Positions 31,718-32,000 of a stretch of 32,000 bases of DNA are shown here, in pieces. The notes under the pieces were generated by a model. The model did no database searches. It worked only from the letters and a program-made list of their open reading frames with translations, and was not told where the DNA came from. How positions within the stretch are numbered: position 1 is the stretch's first letter; each line of letters starts with the position of its first letter. Made by a program: the position numbers and the translations under genes. The DNA is from Nanopusillaceae archaeon (GTDB lineage Archaea > Nanobdellota > Nanobdellia > Nanobdellales > Nanobdellaceae): NCBI GenBank assembly GCA_049974095.1, contig JBMFJD010000001.1, positions 1 to 32,000 of the forward strand. The letters run 5' to 3'.

Positions 31718-32000
31718 TTAAATTCTTTTTTTAAACCATTCTTCATACTTATTTATATCTATATTCTTCTCTTCTTTTTTTTCTTCTTTTTTCTCCTCAT
31801 TTTTTTCTTGATTTAAATATGATTGACTTAATTTAATTAATTCATTTACAACATAATTTTTTAACTCCTCCAAATTTTGTGGTTCTTCTTTAAATCTCTT
31901 AAAGTATAAATTAATATTATCTTCTTTATACCTTGGAATAACTTGAATAAAAATATGCTTTGTAGATTGTTTAGTTTCTCCAGAAGATAATATTATATTT
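31718..32000 (-). CDS. HIT-superfamily-like protein, C-terminal 93 codons (the ORF enters from beyond the window end); missing from the ORF track
   Basis: Reverse translation from base 31999 gives NIILSSGETKQSTKHIFIQVIPRYKEDNINLYFKRF...EEWFKKRI*, with the stop at complement of 31718-31720. This aligns with the HIT pattern N..N.G..AGQ.V.H.H.H.IPR, but the triad reads H-I-F-I-Q. Confidence 0.5.
   Translation of the reverse strand, partial: NIILSSGETKQSTKHIFIQVIPRYKEDNINLYFKRFKEEPQNLEELKNYVVNELIKLSQSYLNQEKNEEKKEEKKEEKNIDINKYEEWFKKRI

Overview
This is a very AT-rich (about three-quarters A+T by eye), very gene-dense archaeal chromosome segment. Most genes abut or overlap by 1-4 nt (ATGA/TAATG junctions). 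Composition, tiny spacers and several truncated or split-looking genes suggest a reduced DPANN/Nanoarchaeota-like ectosymbiont, but that assignment is inference only. Confident housekeeping genes are FEN-1, class II GlyRS, RNase J, aEF-2, a SpoU methyltransferase, Dph6, exosome Rrp4/Rrp41, ribosomal protein L35Ae, a CDGSH protein, MazG, the THEP1 NTPase and three ferredoxins. The accessory and surface content is where the interest lies. (1) A stop-free ORF running off the left edge (complement <1..1519), absent from the ORF track, encodes a signal-peptide beta-helix protein built from at least 10 in-frame 108-129 bp repeats with a hypervariable loop. (2) The only two GC-rich intergenic islands look like guide RNAs: two canonical C/D-box sRNAs and one H/ACA-like hairpin. 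(3) A minimal type IV pilus-like locus has two pilin-like proteins, a FlaI/PilB-type ATPase and a half-size platform protein. (4) Dph6 is translationally coupled to a class I glutamine amidotransferase, close to its substrate EF-2. (5) A 12-gene co-directional block runs MazG-THEP1-3x ferredoxin-3x paralogous membrane protein-CBS protein-Rrp4-Rrp41-membrane protein. (6) A Cas4-like nuclease overlaps a C-terminal-only NFACT gene. (7) A 576-aa protein fuses nucleotidyltransferase and HEPN (Rx4H) domains. (8) Two enzyme homologues carry substitutions at catalytic positions: phosphorylase Lys->Arg and a broken HIT triad. No CRISPR array, tRNA, rRNA, transposase or integrase was found. All homology calls rest on motif recognition by eye; no searches were run.
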